From the NCBI GenBank assembly GCA_963833425.1, contig CAWHXP010000006.1, positions 111,031-175,030 of the forward strand: a DNA stretch of 64,000 nt, read 5' to 3'. Position 1 is the stretch's first letter. Every line of letters begins with the position of its first letter. This stretch comes from an uncultured Methanosarcinaceae archaeon. GTDB taxonomy: Archaea > Halobacteriota > Methanosarcinia > Methanosarcinales > Methanosarcinaceae. Position numbers and translations under genes: made by a program. The notes under the pieces were generated by a model. That model was not told the DNA's origin. It searched no databases and worked only from the letters and a program-made list of their open reading frames with translations. Below are positions 45,370 to 56,108 of this stretch, in pieces.

Positions 45370-45837
45370 AAATTCAACGTTTTTTACTCTTTATAATAAC
45401 TGTCAATGAATGTCGTACTTTATACTTACTTAGTTCTCTTAGACACAACGGCGGGTTTATATATGTCAAATCGTAACAAAGAACAATTCTCAGCCTTTTT
45501 AAGACGTTTTTTTAACTATTATAATGGTATACCGCTGAGAAGGTTGGGCAAAGTCAGAGCTTGAAGCTGTATTATTTACTTTATTATATGCTTCTACTCC
45601 ATAGATAATATAAATCGCTGCCGCTTTACTATGTATCAATGATAGCAGATATTCATCTTTTGCACCTTGCAAATCAGGCGATACATTGTGCAAATCACTA
45701 TCATCTATAGCTGCCTGATTATCTGTAGACAAGATACCTCCATACGTAGAAAGTGACGTGAGATCATGGTTTTTGCTGTGGTAACCATATAGTCATTCTC
45801 ATTAGCCACTGCGGTGTGTCAGCCACACCTACTGCCT

Positions 45838-45943
45838 TCCATTTATTGTAAGTTTGATAGGTTACACCAACATTTTCGGCAGCAAGAGAATATGAAAGTT
45901 CTAAAGCAATATTGTAACCTATTCGTTAGTGTGCGTTTTCATC
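45838..45943 (-). pseudogene. terS-like internal remnant (copy 3)
   Basis: DENAH*RIGYNIALELSYSLAAENVGVTYQTYNKW versus DEIQQRIGENISLGLTYSFASEAAGITYKTFNQY. Confidence 0.7.
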
Positions 45944-46520
45944 ATTTTGGATTGATTTTCAGAGCAATTTTATACTGTTCTTCAGCTTCTTCCAAACGCT
46001 TCGTTTCTGTTAGTAAATTTCCGTAACTACGATGTATATCTGCATCACTTGGGTCGAGATCCAGAGCAAGCTTATACTGTTCTTCAGCTTCTTCCCATCT
46101 CTCCATTTCTGTTAGTGAATCTCCGTAACTACAATGTATATCTGCATCATTTGAGTCGAGATCCAGAGCAAGCTTATACTGTTCTTCAGCTTCTTCGCAT
46201 CGCTCCATTTCTGCTAGTAAATCTCCGTAACTACAATGTATTTCTGCATCATTTGGATTGATTTTCAGAGCAAGTTTAAACTGTTCTTCAGCTTCTTCCC
46301 ATCGCTCCACTTCTACTAGTAAATCTCCATAACTACAATGTATATCTGCATCATTTGGATCGATGTCCAGAGCAAGTTTAAACTGTTCTTCAGCTTCTTC
46401 CCATCGCTCCACTTCTACTAGTAAATCTCCATAACTACAATGTATATCTGCATCATTTGGATTGATTTTCAGAGCAAGTTTAAACTGTTCTTCAGCTTCT
46501 TTTGCATTCTTTTCTTCCAT
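45942..46520 (-). CDS. Tetratricopeptide repeat protein
   Basis: About five near-identical 34-aa (102-bp) repeats: ADIHCSYGDLL.E.ERWEEAEEQ(F/Y)KLAL..DP. Confidence 0.88.
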   Translation of the reverse strand: MEEKNAKEAEEQFKLALKINPNDADIHCSYGDLLVEVERWEEAEEQFKLALDIDPNDADIHCSYGDLLVEVERWEEAEEQFKLALKINPNDAEIHCSYGDLLAEMERCEEAEEQYKLALDLDSNDADIHCSYGDSLTEMERWEEAEEQYKLALDLDPSDADIHRSYGNLLTETKRLEEAEEQYKIALKINPK

Positions 46521-46605
46521 AACAAAATCCTCAGTTTAATTAAATCACTTAATTGATTATTAAGTATCATTTAGAGTAATACAGTGTAATTAAAGTAAGA
46601 CAGTA

Positions 46606-46810
46606 AAGACTACGTAATTCTAATACTAATTAGTTTTGGTCAGTACAATTTAGAATTTATACAAAAAATATATAACTGATTAAATGTTCTATAATTTAAC
46701 GGTTTACCAGTATTTTCAAGCAAACCTACCATCTAACTGCAGGCACTACTCACATGCAGTCACAAATCAACTTTTTGGTATCTAAGATCAGCCGGGTCAT
46801 TTAAATTAAC
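46606..46810 (+). ncRNA. Repeated TATA-hairpin-U-tract element, copy 3
   Basis: TATATAA 46669; stem ACTGCA/TGCAGT 46736-46760; T-run 46772. Confidence 0.45.
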
Positions 46811-47120
46811 AAAAACTAAGTTATTGATGGCTTTCGACGATGTATTGGTTGTTATTTACATGCTCGATGACAAAATTACGATGAAGCAAGCAGTATATTT
46901 TATAGTTAAAATCAGTATTGGCTGTGCATTTTTGGGTATCTTGATAGGAATATTTACTTTGTTTTTCTTAGTGAAACAGAATTAAAATAAGCACCAGAGA
47001 GATTAAACAAGTTCAAAGCACTGATAAAATAAAAATCAGCCCACCGAAATTTGTTCAATTAGTCGCATGAAGGCGACTATTGGGAATGTTTTTCGCGAGC
47101 GGAATAATTGGCTCTTCTAA

Positions 47121-47620
47121 AATATGATTTTCAACCAACTAGAGTCTTCAAATTTGAGATTTCACAGAACCAAAACGGCGTACTGCCAATCTACTTAATT
47201 AAGTTAGATCACAATCATAAAAAGAAAAATGTGATATTCAGACTTTATGATTGTTCGTTCATACTCATTATTTATTACAAGTATGTCTTCTGTTATTTAT
47301 ATTCCCATTAGGTCCAAATTATTCCCACTATTTTCCCATTATATTCCCATTAAAAATAATATAAAAACAATAACTAGGGAATTAAAATCATACAAAAAAG
47401 GGAATTATATTCCCAAAATAAAAAAAATGATATACGATTTTTTTAAAGTAATATCCGAAATATTAGAATGTCAAAAAGTGTAATTTTTTATTTCTTTCTT
47501 GCATTTTCGGAGTTTTGGGAACAAAATGTCAAATGATTGCGTTTCAATGGGAAAATAATGGGAATATTTTGGGATAAATGGGAATATTTGGGGAATAAAA
47601 GAATCATTTGCCTTTGTACC
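47121..47620. repeat. Iteron/ori-like element copy 3
   Basis: Colinear with 36677-37175, including both TTCCC and GGGAA clusters. Confidence 0.88.
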
Positions 47621-47624
47621 CTAA

Positions 47625-47968
47625 TCAGGCGTCGTTCAGGAAGATAAATTCCTTATCAAAGAGTGACCAGTAATCAAACTTTGATTTATCTATGCTGAAC
47701 TTAAAAGCCCTATTTCCACTACTGCTTTTTAGCGTTTCTCCATTTCTCTCATATTTTGTATCTGTTTCTTCTTCCATTTTTAACCCCTTAATCTTGTCAA
47801 GGAGTCCACCGGCTTCTCTGTCTTTCCTACCAACTAAGGCTCTTTTCACGCTTTGATAGTTAATGCCTGTGTGACTTGATATATCATTAATTGTGCATTT
47901 CGCTTTACTCGCTATATATTGGATTATCTGCCTTTCGTTTTCGTTCATTTTTGTTACAGTGTTCTCTG
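47625..47968 (-). pseudogene. 3' remnant of the rep-like gene (C-terminal wHTH)
   Basis: ENTVTKMNENERQIIQYIASKAKCTINDISSHTGINYQSVKRAL...; near-identical to the 56109 region. Confidence 0.75.
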
Positions 47969-48376
47969 ATAGGACTAGGCTATAGACAGGCTCAATGTAA
48001 GGTTTTCATTCGTTGGTAATGATTTTTGTATAATAGTCGCCACAAAATCACTCTTAAAGTCTCTAAAGTAGTTTCCGTGGGCTTTGCAGACAACTGTTTT
48101 TGGTGACCGTTGTGGCTATGTTAGAGATCGTAATAGAGATCATCATATATAGACAATGAAGGTTTATCTGGATTTGTTGGCCATAGCGAATTATTTGATG
48201 ATTACTGCCCTAAAGTTGTAGATTTAATTTATTATATAGTTTTTCCATATACTCTAACTATTATATTAAAAACTATTTGGTATTTTAAAATCACGAAGCT
48301 CAAATATGTTAATTTAATATAGGGAAGCTTTTCATGCTAGTCAATAAATGACTATATCTCAGCCTTACAGCATGCT

Positions 48377-49028
48377 TATAATGCATTCAATAGGAGAACT
48401 TTAACCAACTCCTGAAAATGCCTTGAATCGCCACACAATCAACCTTCTTTTCTTTATTTAATTGGTTTAGGTGGCCCAGGCGCTGATCCAAAATATCGAG
48501 GAATTTCAAGCACTATGAATTCATGACTTTATTTCCGATCTCTTCTGCTACCTCTCTTTCAGCTACAGGTACTGTGACCATAATTTTTCTAGTTGCCCTA
48601 TTTTTGCAGAGTTCAATGGCTGCTCTCATGGTAGAATCCATTGCAATACCATCATCTACAAGTATCACGGTTCTTCCTTTCATATTGCAGGGAATTTCCT
48701 CCTCTGAAAGCTTTTATGTGTCTATCGATCTCTGCAATCTGCTGCTGTTTGATTTTCTCAATATTTTCCTCTGAGAACCAGTAATAAACATTTTCAAAGA
48801 TGAAAGTGCTTCCATTCTCGACTATTGCCCCAAACCCGGCTTCAGAGTTATCCGGAAAAGACAGTTTCTTTGTAATGATGAGGGAAAAATATACTTTAAG
48901 TTCCTTGCAATCTGCAATCCTACTTCCACTCCCCCACGCGGGATAGCAAGAATGAGAGGGTTTTCTGCCTTGTACTTTTCAAGAGCCTCGGCAAGTTTCT
49001 CTCCGGCATCTTTACGATTTTGGAACAT
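48377..49028 (-). pseudogene. Phosphoribosyltransferase family pseudogene
   Basis: MFQNRKDAGEKLA...LAIPRGGV, then frameshifts; PRPP-loop-like VILVDDGIAM.STM..A and VTVPVA fragments downstream. Confidence 0.8.
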
Positions 49029-49635
49029 ACTCCACCTGACATTCGATAATTGCTCCAGTTTTATCATTGCGAATCTGGGTGGTATCTACCTAGATGTTCA
49101 CTGGTTATTTGTTTATGCGAGTGTGTTGTATTTCATCTGCGGCGCTTATTACAGTAGCTGCCATTGAAATTACGACAAGAAATACTACTAAAATGGCTAA
49201 TATATTTTTTATTATGTCAAAGCTTGTTTTCCCATTAAATACGCATTTCTAATTTATTTTTAGAAATGTATGATGCTTTAAATTCTAATCTCATTTATGT
49301 ACTAATAATGTAACCGGCTAAATATTCATTTTTGTAAATATAGTTATTTTAAATTAACTACTTAAAAAGTAATTTCTAAATATAATTTATTTATTAGTAA
49401 CTTTTTTCAAAATTAAACAATAATTTGATAGCAATTATTTTTTTTGAGCAAATAATATATATAAATTTAGACAGGAACATAAAAGGTAAGAACAACCACA
49501 GCAGATTCTCAGGACATTTTAAAAGAACTTTGTAGCAAAAGCAAAAGGATACCGAGTCAATCGGATTTTATAGAACTTTTGGTTCACTGTAGGACGCAAT
49601 TATATGAAAAGTATGATTGGGGTTTGATTTAAAAT

Positions 49636-51231
49636 ATGAATCTTAATATAAAGCCGCTGGTTTCATTGAATAATCCACGTCATTTATGGTTTGTTTTACT
49701 AGCCATATGTCTAGTTAACTTCATGTTCAACTTTTACATTGGTCTGGTCAACGTTACTTTACCCACTATAGCCGAATATTACCATACTGATGTAATGACC
49801 GCCACCTGGATATCTAACATTTATTTGTTAACCCTCACTATTTCTGTAATATTTTTAGGTAGAATTGGTGGCTTATGGAGTCGTAAGAAATTTTTTATGT
49901 TAGGAACGTTGATATGGGTCACTGCCTCATTGCTTTGTTACTTTTCAACATCAGCAGAATCACTTATTATATATAGGGCGATTCAAGGATTTGCAGCAGG
50001 TTGCATGGCATCTGTTTATTACGCTATAATGGATCGCACATTCCCCCATGAAAAATTAGGATTTGCTCTGGGATTCCTGCTTCTAGCATTAGCTGGGGGT
50101 TATGCAATCGGACCACTTGCCGGTGGTTATATTGCAGCGTACATTGGCTGGCAATATATCTTCTTAGCTGTAATCCCATTTGGTTTGGCGAGCTTTATAG
50201 TATATTTAGTTACAGCTCAAAAACCAGAAGCTGATAACGACTTTGAACTTCTAGATAAAAGGCAACAATATAAAAATCAAGACCCTGATTCAAGTGACGC
50301 TTCTATATTCGCCAAAATTATAGATTATAAAGGAGCCATCCTGCAAGCAGGAGCGCTATTTACACTTACTTACGTGTTAATATTAGCACAAAAATTCGGC
50401 TTTAGCACTTATGACATTATGTTGCTAGCATTAGCCACAATTTTTGGACTCTTGTTTGTCTGGGTGGAGTCAAAGCATGAAGAACCTTTATTCAGGTTTA
50501 CAGTCTTCCGTAGCCTCACTTTCTCTGCATATATAACTGGATTACTAGTAAATTACATAATCTTATATATGGCATTCTTCATCTTACCATTTTACTTCCA
50601 AAAGGTTATCGGTATCCCTGTTAACGTTACGGGTATCCTTATAAGTGTAGTATGGTTCTCCTCCACGGTCATATCTCTCATAGCCGGAGGGCTTGCAGAT
50701 AAAATCGGAGTGAAACCACTGGTTATTACAGCAGCCTTGGCTTGTATTGTAAGTACCATTATGATACATAGTTTCCAAACAACTGCCAATTGGTTATACA
50801 TTATACCGTCTTTGATTATTCTAGGATTGGGGTATGGTTTTTATCAGTCTCCTAACAATAAAATGCTACTGTCAGTAACTCCATTAACCTTCAAAACACA
50901 AATTTCGGCGACAATGACTCTAACCAAAAACCTAGGATCAGTTCTAGGTAATGCTTTCGCAGGACTTATAATTGCTACCGCCGTTGCGCAAAGTTCACTT
51001 AGTGGTAAAGTTGGATTATCCGCGAGCCAAGCAGCCAGCTTCCTTACAGGGTTCCAAAGAATCTTCCTATTTGGAGCTATTCTAAGTGTGTTACTTTTGA
51101 TATCCGCCATAGACTTAGAAAAATACGTAGGGAAACATTTATCAAAATATTTTACAGGTCTTAAGGAATACGAAGAAGAGGACGAGCACAAAAAAAATTC
51201 GGAAAAACCCCTACCGAGGGTGATTGAATAA
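49636..51231 (+). CDS. MFS transporter, 14-TM DHA2-like
   Basis: VNVTLPTIA, WISNIYLL, RAIQG, GPLAGG, GWQYIF, SPNN. Confidence 0.9.
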   Translation: MNLNIKPLVSLNNPRHLWFVLLAICLVNFMFNFYIGLVNVTLPTIAEYYHTDVMTATWISNIYLLTLTISVIFLGRIGGLWSRKKFFMLGTLIWVTASLLCYFSTSAESLIIYRAIQGFAAGCMASVYYAIMDRTFPHEKLGFALGFLLLALAGGYAIGPLAGGYIAAYIGWQYIFLAVIPFGLASFIVYLVTAQKPEADNDFELLDKRQQYKNQDPDSSDASIFAKIIDYKGAILQAGALFTLTYVLILAQKFGFSTYDIMLLALATIFGLLFVWVESKHEEPLFRFTVFRSLTFSAYITGLLVNYIILYMAFFILPFYFQKVIGIPVNVTGILISVVWFSSTVISLIAGGLADKIGVKPLVITAALACIVSTIMIHSFQTTANWLYIIPSLIILGLGYGFYQSPNNKMLLSVTPLTFKTQISATMTLTKNLGSVLGNAFAGLIIATAVAQSSLSGKVGLSASQAASFLTGFQRIFLFGAILSVLLLISAIDLEKYVGKHLSKYFTGLKEYEEEDEHKKNSEKPLPRVIE

Positions 51232-52082
51232 TGAATTTAAAAAACAATTATTCGATAATAGGTATAATTGTTTTGGTAGTAATAGCTGTTGTTGTAGGTT
51301 ACTCAGTATTATCTGGTGCCAGTATAACTATTGCTGGATCAACTTCCGTAGCTCCTGTAGCTCAAGCATTAGCTAAAGCTTACATTAGTAATCATCCTGG
51401 TATAAAAATATCGGTAAATGGTGGTGATTCTGGGGTGGGTATAAACAGCGCACGTTCAGGAAGTGTAGATATTGGGACTTCATCACGGGATTTAACTAGT
51501 TCTGAAGCGCAGGGTTTATCACAGTATGTTATTGGACAGGATACTCTTTCGATAATTGTGAACCCATCAAATCCTGTGAATGATCTTTCCCTAGATCAGG
51601 TGGCTGGTATTTATACAGGTAAAATCACTAACTGGAGTCAAGTGGGTGGAAAGAATGGTAATATCGTACCCCAAACCCGAGAAGCTGGATCTGGTACACG
51701 AGCTGATTTTGAAAAATTTATGAATATTAGATCATATGGCACTAACGTTCAAGTGGATACATTTAACTACGGACTTTTACAATCAGTGGTCGTAGTTCCA
51801 GATGCTATTGGATACATAGCCCATGATTATGTGATTAAGGAAGTTAAAGTACTATCAGTGAACAACATCAGCCCTACACAACAAACCGTCCAAAATGGAA
51901 ATTATCCACTTACACGAAAATTGATATTCCTAACTAAAGGAATACCTACTGGAAATGTTAAAGACTTCATCAACTTCTGCCAGAGTCACGAAGGACAAGA
52001 TATAGTGAATAATACAGAATGGAATAATTCAAACAACACTGTCTATAATCCAACCTCAGGAATAGGACCTTCAGGGGGATAA
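51231..52082 (+). CDS. pstS: Phosphate ABC transporter substrate-binding protein
   Basis: AGSTSV, GDSGVGI, SSR, REAGSGTR, AIGY, YPLTR; start overlaps the MFS stop (TAATG). Confidence 0.88.
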   Translation: MNLKNNYSIIGIIVLVVIAVVVGYSVLSGASITIAGSTSVAPVAQALAKAYISNHPGIKISVNGGDSGVGINSARSGSVDIGTSSRDLTSSEAQGLSQYVIGQDTLSIIVNPSNPVNDLSLDQVAGIYTGKITNWSQVGGKNGNIVPQTREAGSGTRADFEKFMNIRSYGTNVQVDTFNYGLLQSVVVVPDAIGYIAHDYVIKEVKVLSVNNISPTQQTVQNGNYPLTRKLIFLTKGIPTGNVKDFINFCQSHEGQDIVNNTEWNNSNNTVYNPTSGIGPSGG

Positions 52083-52181
52083 TTTCCCTTATTATTTTTT
52101 TAACTGGATCACTTATTTAATAAACGAGTGAATCCAGTTAAAAAAAGAAGGTATCTTTCACCTTAAGAACTGTTAAAGTCT

Positions 52182-52471
52182 TCACTGAAACATCTTTCCA
52201 GTTCCACATACATATCCGCTTTTCCCCGCTTCTGCTTCTGTATTCAGACGTCCCAAAAGGGATTTAGACGCATCTACATTATGTTTTTGAATGTGTTGAT
52301 AAAACTGGTAATATTTCCCAGATGTTGAATTTCGTCCTTTCTTGAGCCAGTCGTTTAATGTATGATAGTGATTCCTGCAGCTTCGGAAGCAAGAGCAGAG
52401 GGACATCCTAAAGCAACGTTGTCACCAATTTCCGTGGTTATATTAGGGATCATTTTAATCTGTCTAGCCAT
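52182..52471 (-). pseudogene. terS-like remnant (copy 4)
   Basis: MARQIKMIPNITTEIGDNVALGCPSALASEAAGIT-(fs)-HTLNDWLKKGRNSTSGKYYQFYQHIQKHNVDASKSLLGRLNTEAEAG aligns to copy 1. Confidence 0.8.
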
Positions 52472-53033
52472 GGTTGCACCGTTTTTCACTTCTTTTTAAT
52501 AATATATGATATGCAGTCTTATTCCAAATATTTGCTTATTTATTTGATGCATGATGTAGCTGAGATTTGGATATTTAATCAAAAACAAACGATCAGAGGA
52601 CTTTGTGAGGTATTCTTTTACCAAGTTAATGTTTTCCTATTAGACTATCTATATAAGTCCAATCAGCGACCCAGATTAAGTTATTTTTTAGCCAAAATGA
52701 ATCCCCATGTTTGTATTGCTCCATAACGAGAGGTAGCTTCGAGATATTTTAGATAAATTTTAATTCTTTTAGAATAATATAAATTAAATTTATATGGATA
52801 CTTGTTTAGATTTTTGGATAATTTCCATATTTCTGTATAGTATTTAGTTTTAGCATGTCTATTTAGAATATATGGGGAAAAGATATAATAAATTAAATTA
52901 AGATGTGCATGGCAAAAAATTAATCTAAGAAATTGTGCCGGTAAACTCAATCGATCAGAAATTGCCGCAGAATATTCAGTTTTAATGCTATAATTCACAC
53001 GTTAAATATTCAAACAAATGGAAGTGAACTAAA

Positions 53034-54581
53034 ATGAGTAGCAGACTACGAATTGTGATAATGACAGTATTTATATTAGCTTTTGCTTGCAGTATAAGTG
53101 CAGTCGTTGCAACACCTGAAAGTAGTGATGTATATGTAAATATCCATGGCAGTGATGTCCATGATGGAACCCAAGATGATATCTACGCAACTATTCAAGA
53201 AGGTGATGTATATGTAAATATTCATGGCAGTGACGTCTATGATGGAACCAAAGATGATATCTATGCAGCTATCCAAGAAAGAATAGATAAAGCTCCAGAT
53301 AACCGTACAGTGTATGTAGCTCCCTACGAAACTATTCAAGAAGGAATAGATAAAGCTTCAGATAACGGTACAGTGTATGTAGCACCTGGAACTTACAAAG
53401 GAAAAGGTAACTCTATACTAAAAGTTAAAAAAAATCTTACAATAATTGGATCTAGCTCTGAAAAGACCATACAAGACGGTGGAAATGTTAATGAAGCATT
53501 CATTATATATCCGAATGTAACTGCTACTATTAAGAATTTTATCCTTCGAAATTTTGACCAGGAATTAGGTGGCGCCATCACTGATCTGGGGAACCTTACC
53601 TTAATAAATGTTAAATTAGTAGGTGATACCGCAACCAATGCATCAATTTCTACTAACAATGAGGGTAGCTATCCTACGAAACTCAAAGGTACTTTAACCC
53701 CTATAAATGTAACTTATTTAGGTAATATAAAATCCACTGGTGGAAAATCAGCTGGTTGGAATGCTCATGAATTAACCAAGTTCATCCACGATAAGAGCAA
53801 TTATACTTTCCTAGTTTGCGGTGATTCTAGGAATGACATGGGAAACCTCGCAAGCATGATAAACGTGGCAAACAAGCAGAATGCATTATTCACGGTTTTT
53901 GAGGGTGATATGAGAGATACGACTGATTACCTATATGCATTTAAAAAGATTTACCTACCACCAAGTTCCTACACTCACTTTAACATGCCAATATTATTTA
54001 GCATCGGCAACCATGAAGAATATAATGAAAACGGAACAACAGACAATGCAGAATCCACCTATCATTACATATTTGGTAATGAAAGTTATTACAGTTGGAC
54101 TGAGAGTAATGCTTATTTCATCGAACTTGACAATGATGATGGAAACATCCCTATAAATGAATATGGCTGGTTAAAAGATCAATTAGATAAAAGTACCAAA
54201 TTCAAGTACACTTTTATCTTCATGCACATCCCACTATGGACTCCAGCAGATCAATCACCACACAGCATGAGCGTTAATGATACAAAAACTACCATCGGAG
54301 CAACTACTCTTCAGAAATTGTTTAACAGCTGCCCTAACATTACGATGTTATTCGCTTCTCACATACACAACTCTTACACTGGAAAGTGGGGCTCTACACC
54401 CTTCATTATCAATGGAGATTCAGGAGCACCATCGTACTTAGGCATGACTAATGGTACAGTTACTAACCCAGCACATCGTGATTTCATCAAAGTAACAGTT
54501 ACCGATAGAAAAGTTACCTACGAAAATGTTAGTTATCCCGCAGTAGCGAACAACTATGATTTCATCACACAACCATTATAA
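53034..54581 (+). CDS. Secreted calcineurin-like metallophosphoesterase with adhesin-like N-terminus
   Basis: Signal peptide; GDSR, GD, GNHE, HIP and SHIH metal motifs; N-terminal DVYVN..G.D..DGT...TIQEGID...TVYVAPGTY. Confidence 0.85.
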   Translation: MSSRLRIVIMTVFILAFACSISAVVATPESSDVYVNIHGSDVHDGTQDDIYATIQEGDVYVNIHGSDVYDGTKDDIYAAIQERIDKAPDNRTVYVAPYETIQEGIDKASDNGTVYVAPGTYKGKGNSILKVKKNLTIIGSSSEKTIQDGGNVNEAFIIYPNVTATIKNFILRNFDQELGGAITDLGNLTLINVKLVGDTATNASISTNNEGSYPTKLKGTLTPINVTYLGNIKSTGGKSAGWNAHELTKFIHDKSNYTFLVCGDSRNDMGNLASMINVANKQNALFTVFEGDMRDTTDYLYAFKKIYLPPSSYTHFNMPILFSIGNHEEYNENGTTDNAESTYHYIFGNESYYSWTESNAYFIELDNDDGNIPINEYGWLKDQLDKSTKFKYTFIFMHIPLWTPADQSPHSMSVNDTKTTIGATTLQKLFNSCPNITMLFASHIHNSYTGKWGSTPFIINGDSGAPSYLGMTNGTVTNPAHRDFIKVTVTDRKVTYENVSYPAVANNYDFITQPL

Positions 54582-54997
54582 AAATAATATTATAATTGTC
54601 AGGAGTAAAAATCGTAAACCCTTTAGAAGGTATTCACTTTTCTTTATTCTATTTTTTGAAATCATGATAATAAAAATTGGGTTCATAAATTTCCAAAATG
54701 CTATCAGTATTAAGAAATATTTTTGATCTCTGGCGCACTGAGCTCCTGGAACATATGAAATTAATTTAACTAAATAAAATTATAAATATCAAATATAAAA
54801 AAATATATTATTAAAACTTGGAGATATAATATCCGACTTTAAACTATAAGGCTCATTGTACTTGATTCATATATAATGCTAAGTCATATTATCTATAAAA
54901 ACGTGATAATTCTATTATGTGAGATTTTATTAAGAGTATAAATTAACAGATACGGTAGAGTAGCAATGAAAAAAAGATAATATTTGGAGAGAAAAAC

Positions 54998-55360
54998 ATG
55001 AGTCCGAAGATAAACTCAACAAGTTTCGGTTCGATTACTCTCAATGAAAATTATTTTGAAAATGATATCCTTATCTGCATGAGTGGACAGATAGAAAAGC
55101 GTAAGAAAAAACTTTCTAAAGAAGCCTATGGTACATCCCATAAAATCTCGCTTGCAGAGGCGAAACTCATCTATGAAAAAGGAGCAGATGAAATAATAAT
55201 AGGAACTGGTCAGACTGGTTACGTTGAGCTATCAAAAGAAGCAAGGAAGTTTTTCGAGGAGAAAGGGCTTGAGGTAAAACTCCTTCGCACTCCGAAAGCG
55301 GTCAAACTATGGAACGAAAGTGAGGGAAAGATAATAGCAATGTTTCATGTGACCTGTTGA
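54998..55360 (+). CDS. Mth938-like domain protein
   Basis: FGSITL, GTSH, IIIGTGQ.G, TPKA...WN, FHVTC. Confidence 0.85.
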   Translation: MSPKINSTSFGSITLNENYFENDILICMSGQIEKRKKKLSKEAYGTSHKISLAEAKLIYEKGADEIIIGTGQTGYVELSKEARKFFEEKGLEVKLLRTPKAVKLWNESEGKIIAMFHVTC

Positions 55361-55604
55361 AAATTAGAAATACTTCTGTTTTTAAGTGCCTGGAAAAACA
55401 GTCTTTTCGAAATTTACCATGATCTCCACCGAGTTTTTTGGCCCCTGGAACATTTGGAATTAATTTATCAAAATATTTTGTAGGATGAATGGTGTACCGG
55501 TTATTTTAGTAGTAGCTCTTTTTGTAGTATCAATAGCATCAGCGGCGTTTAGTGCGTACTGTCTATTATGCGCCTTTAGTCACAGTACTTCTGAAAAATA
55601 ATGA

Positions 55605-56105
55605 GATATAATTTTCAACCCATGAACGTCTTTAATTTTGAGATTACACAGAACAAAAAGGCATACTGTCATTCTACTTCATTAAGTTAAATCACAATCA
55701 TAAACAGAGAAAATGAGATATACTAAGCTTTATAATTGTTCGTTCATGTACATTTCTTATTGCAAGTGTGTCTTGCGCTACTATATTCCCATTTATTCCC
55801 AATTTTTCCCGTTATTTTCCCATTATATTCCCATTAAAAAATAATATAAATACAATAACAAGGGAATTAAAATCATCAAAAAAAGGGTAATTATGTTCCC
55901 AAAATAAAAAAATGATATACGATTTTTTTAAAATAATATCCGAAATATTAGAATGTCAAAAAGTGTAATTTTCTATTTCTTTCTTGCATTTTCGGGGTTT
56001 TGGGAATAAAATGTCAACTGATTATGTTTTGATGGGAATAAAATGGGAATATTTTGGGATAAATGGGAATATTTGGAGAATAAAAAAATCAGTTGCCTTT
56101 ATGCC
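55605..56105. repeat. Iteron/ori-like element copy 4
   Basis: Colinear with copies 2 and 3, with both iteron clusters. Confidence 0.88.
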
Positions 56106-56108
56106 CTA

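Noticed and set aside
47072..48041. 10-bp inverted repeat GGCGACTATT / AATAGTCGCC around ori copy 3 and its rep remnant
   Set aside because: Not seen around the other copies and no TSD; could be chance
45942..54581. Diversity-generating retroelement TR/VR pair in the TPR or phosphoesterase repeats
   Set aside because: No reverse transcriptase; the repeats are tandem, in frame and lack adenine-specific differences
33821..56105. Repeats as a CRISPR array or integron attC cassette array
   Set aside because: Units are 300-500 bp, kilobases apart, with no repeat-spacer periodicity, no cas or integron integrase gene and no attC-like core sites; linkage to rep remnants fits an origin better
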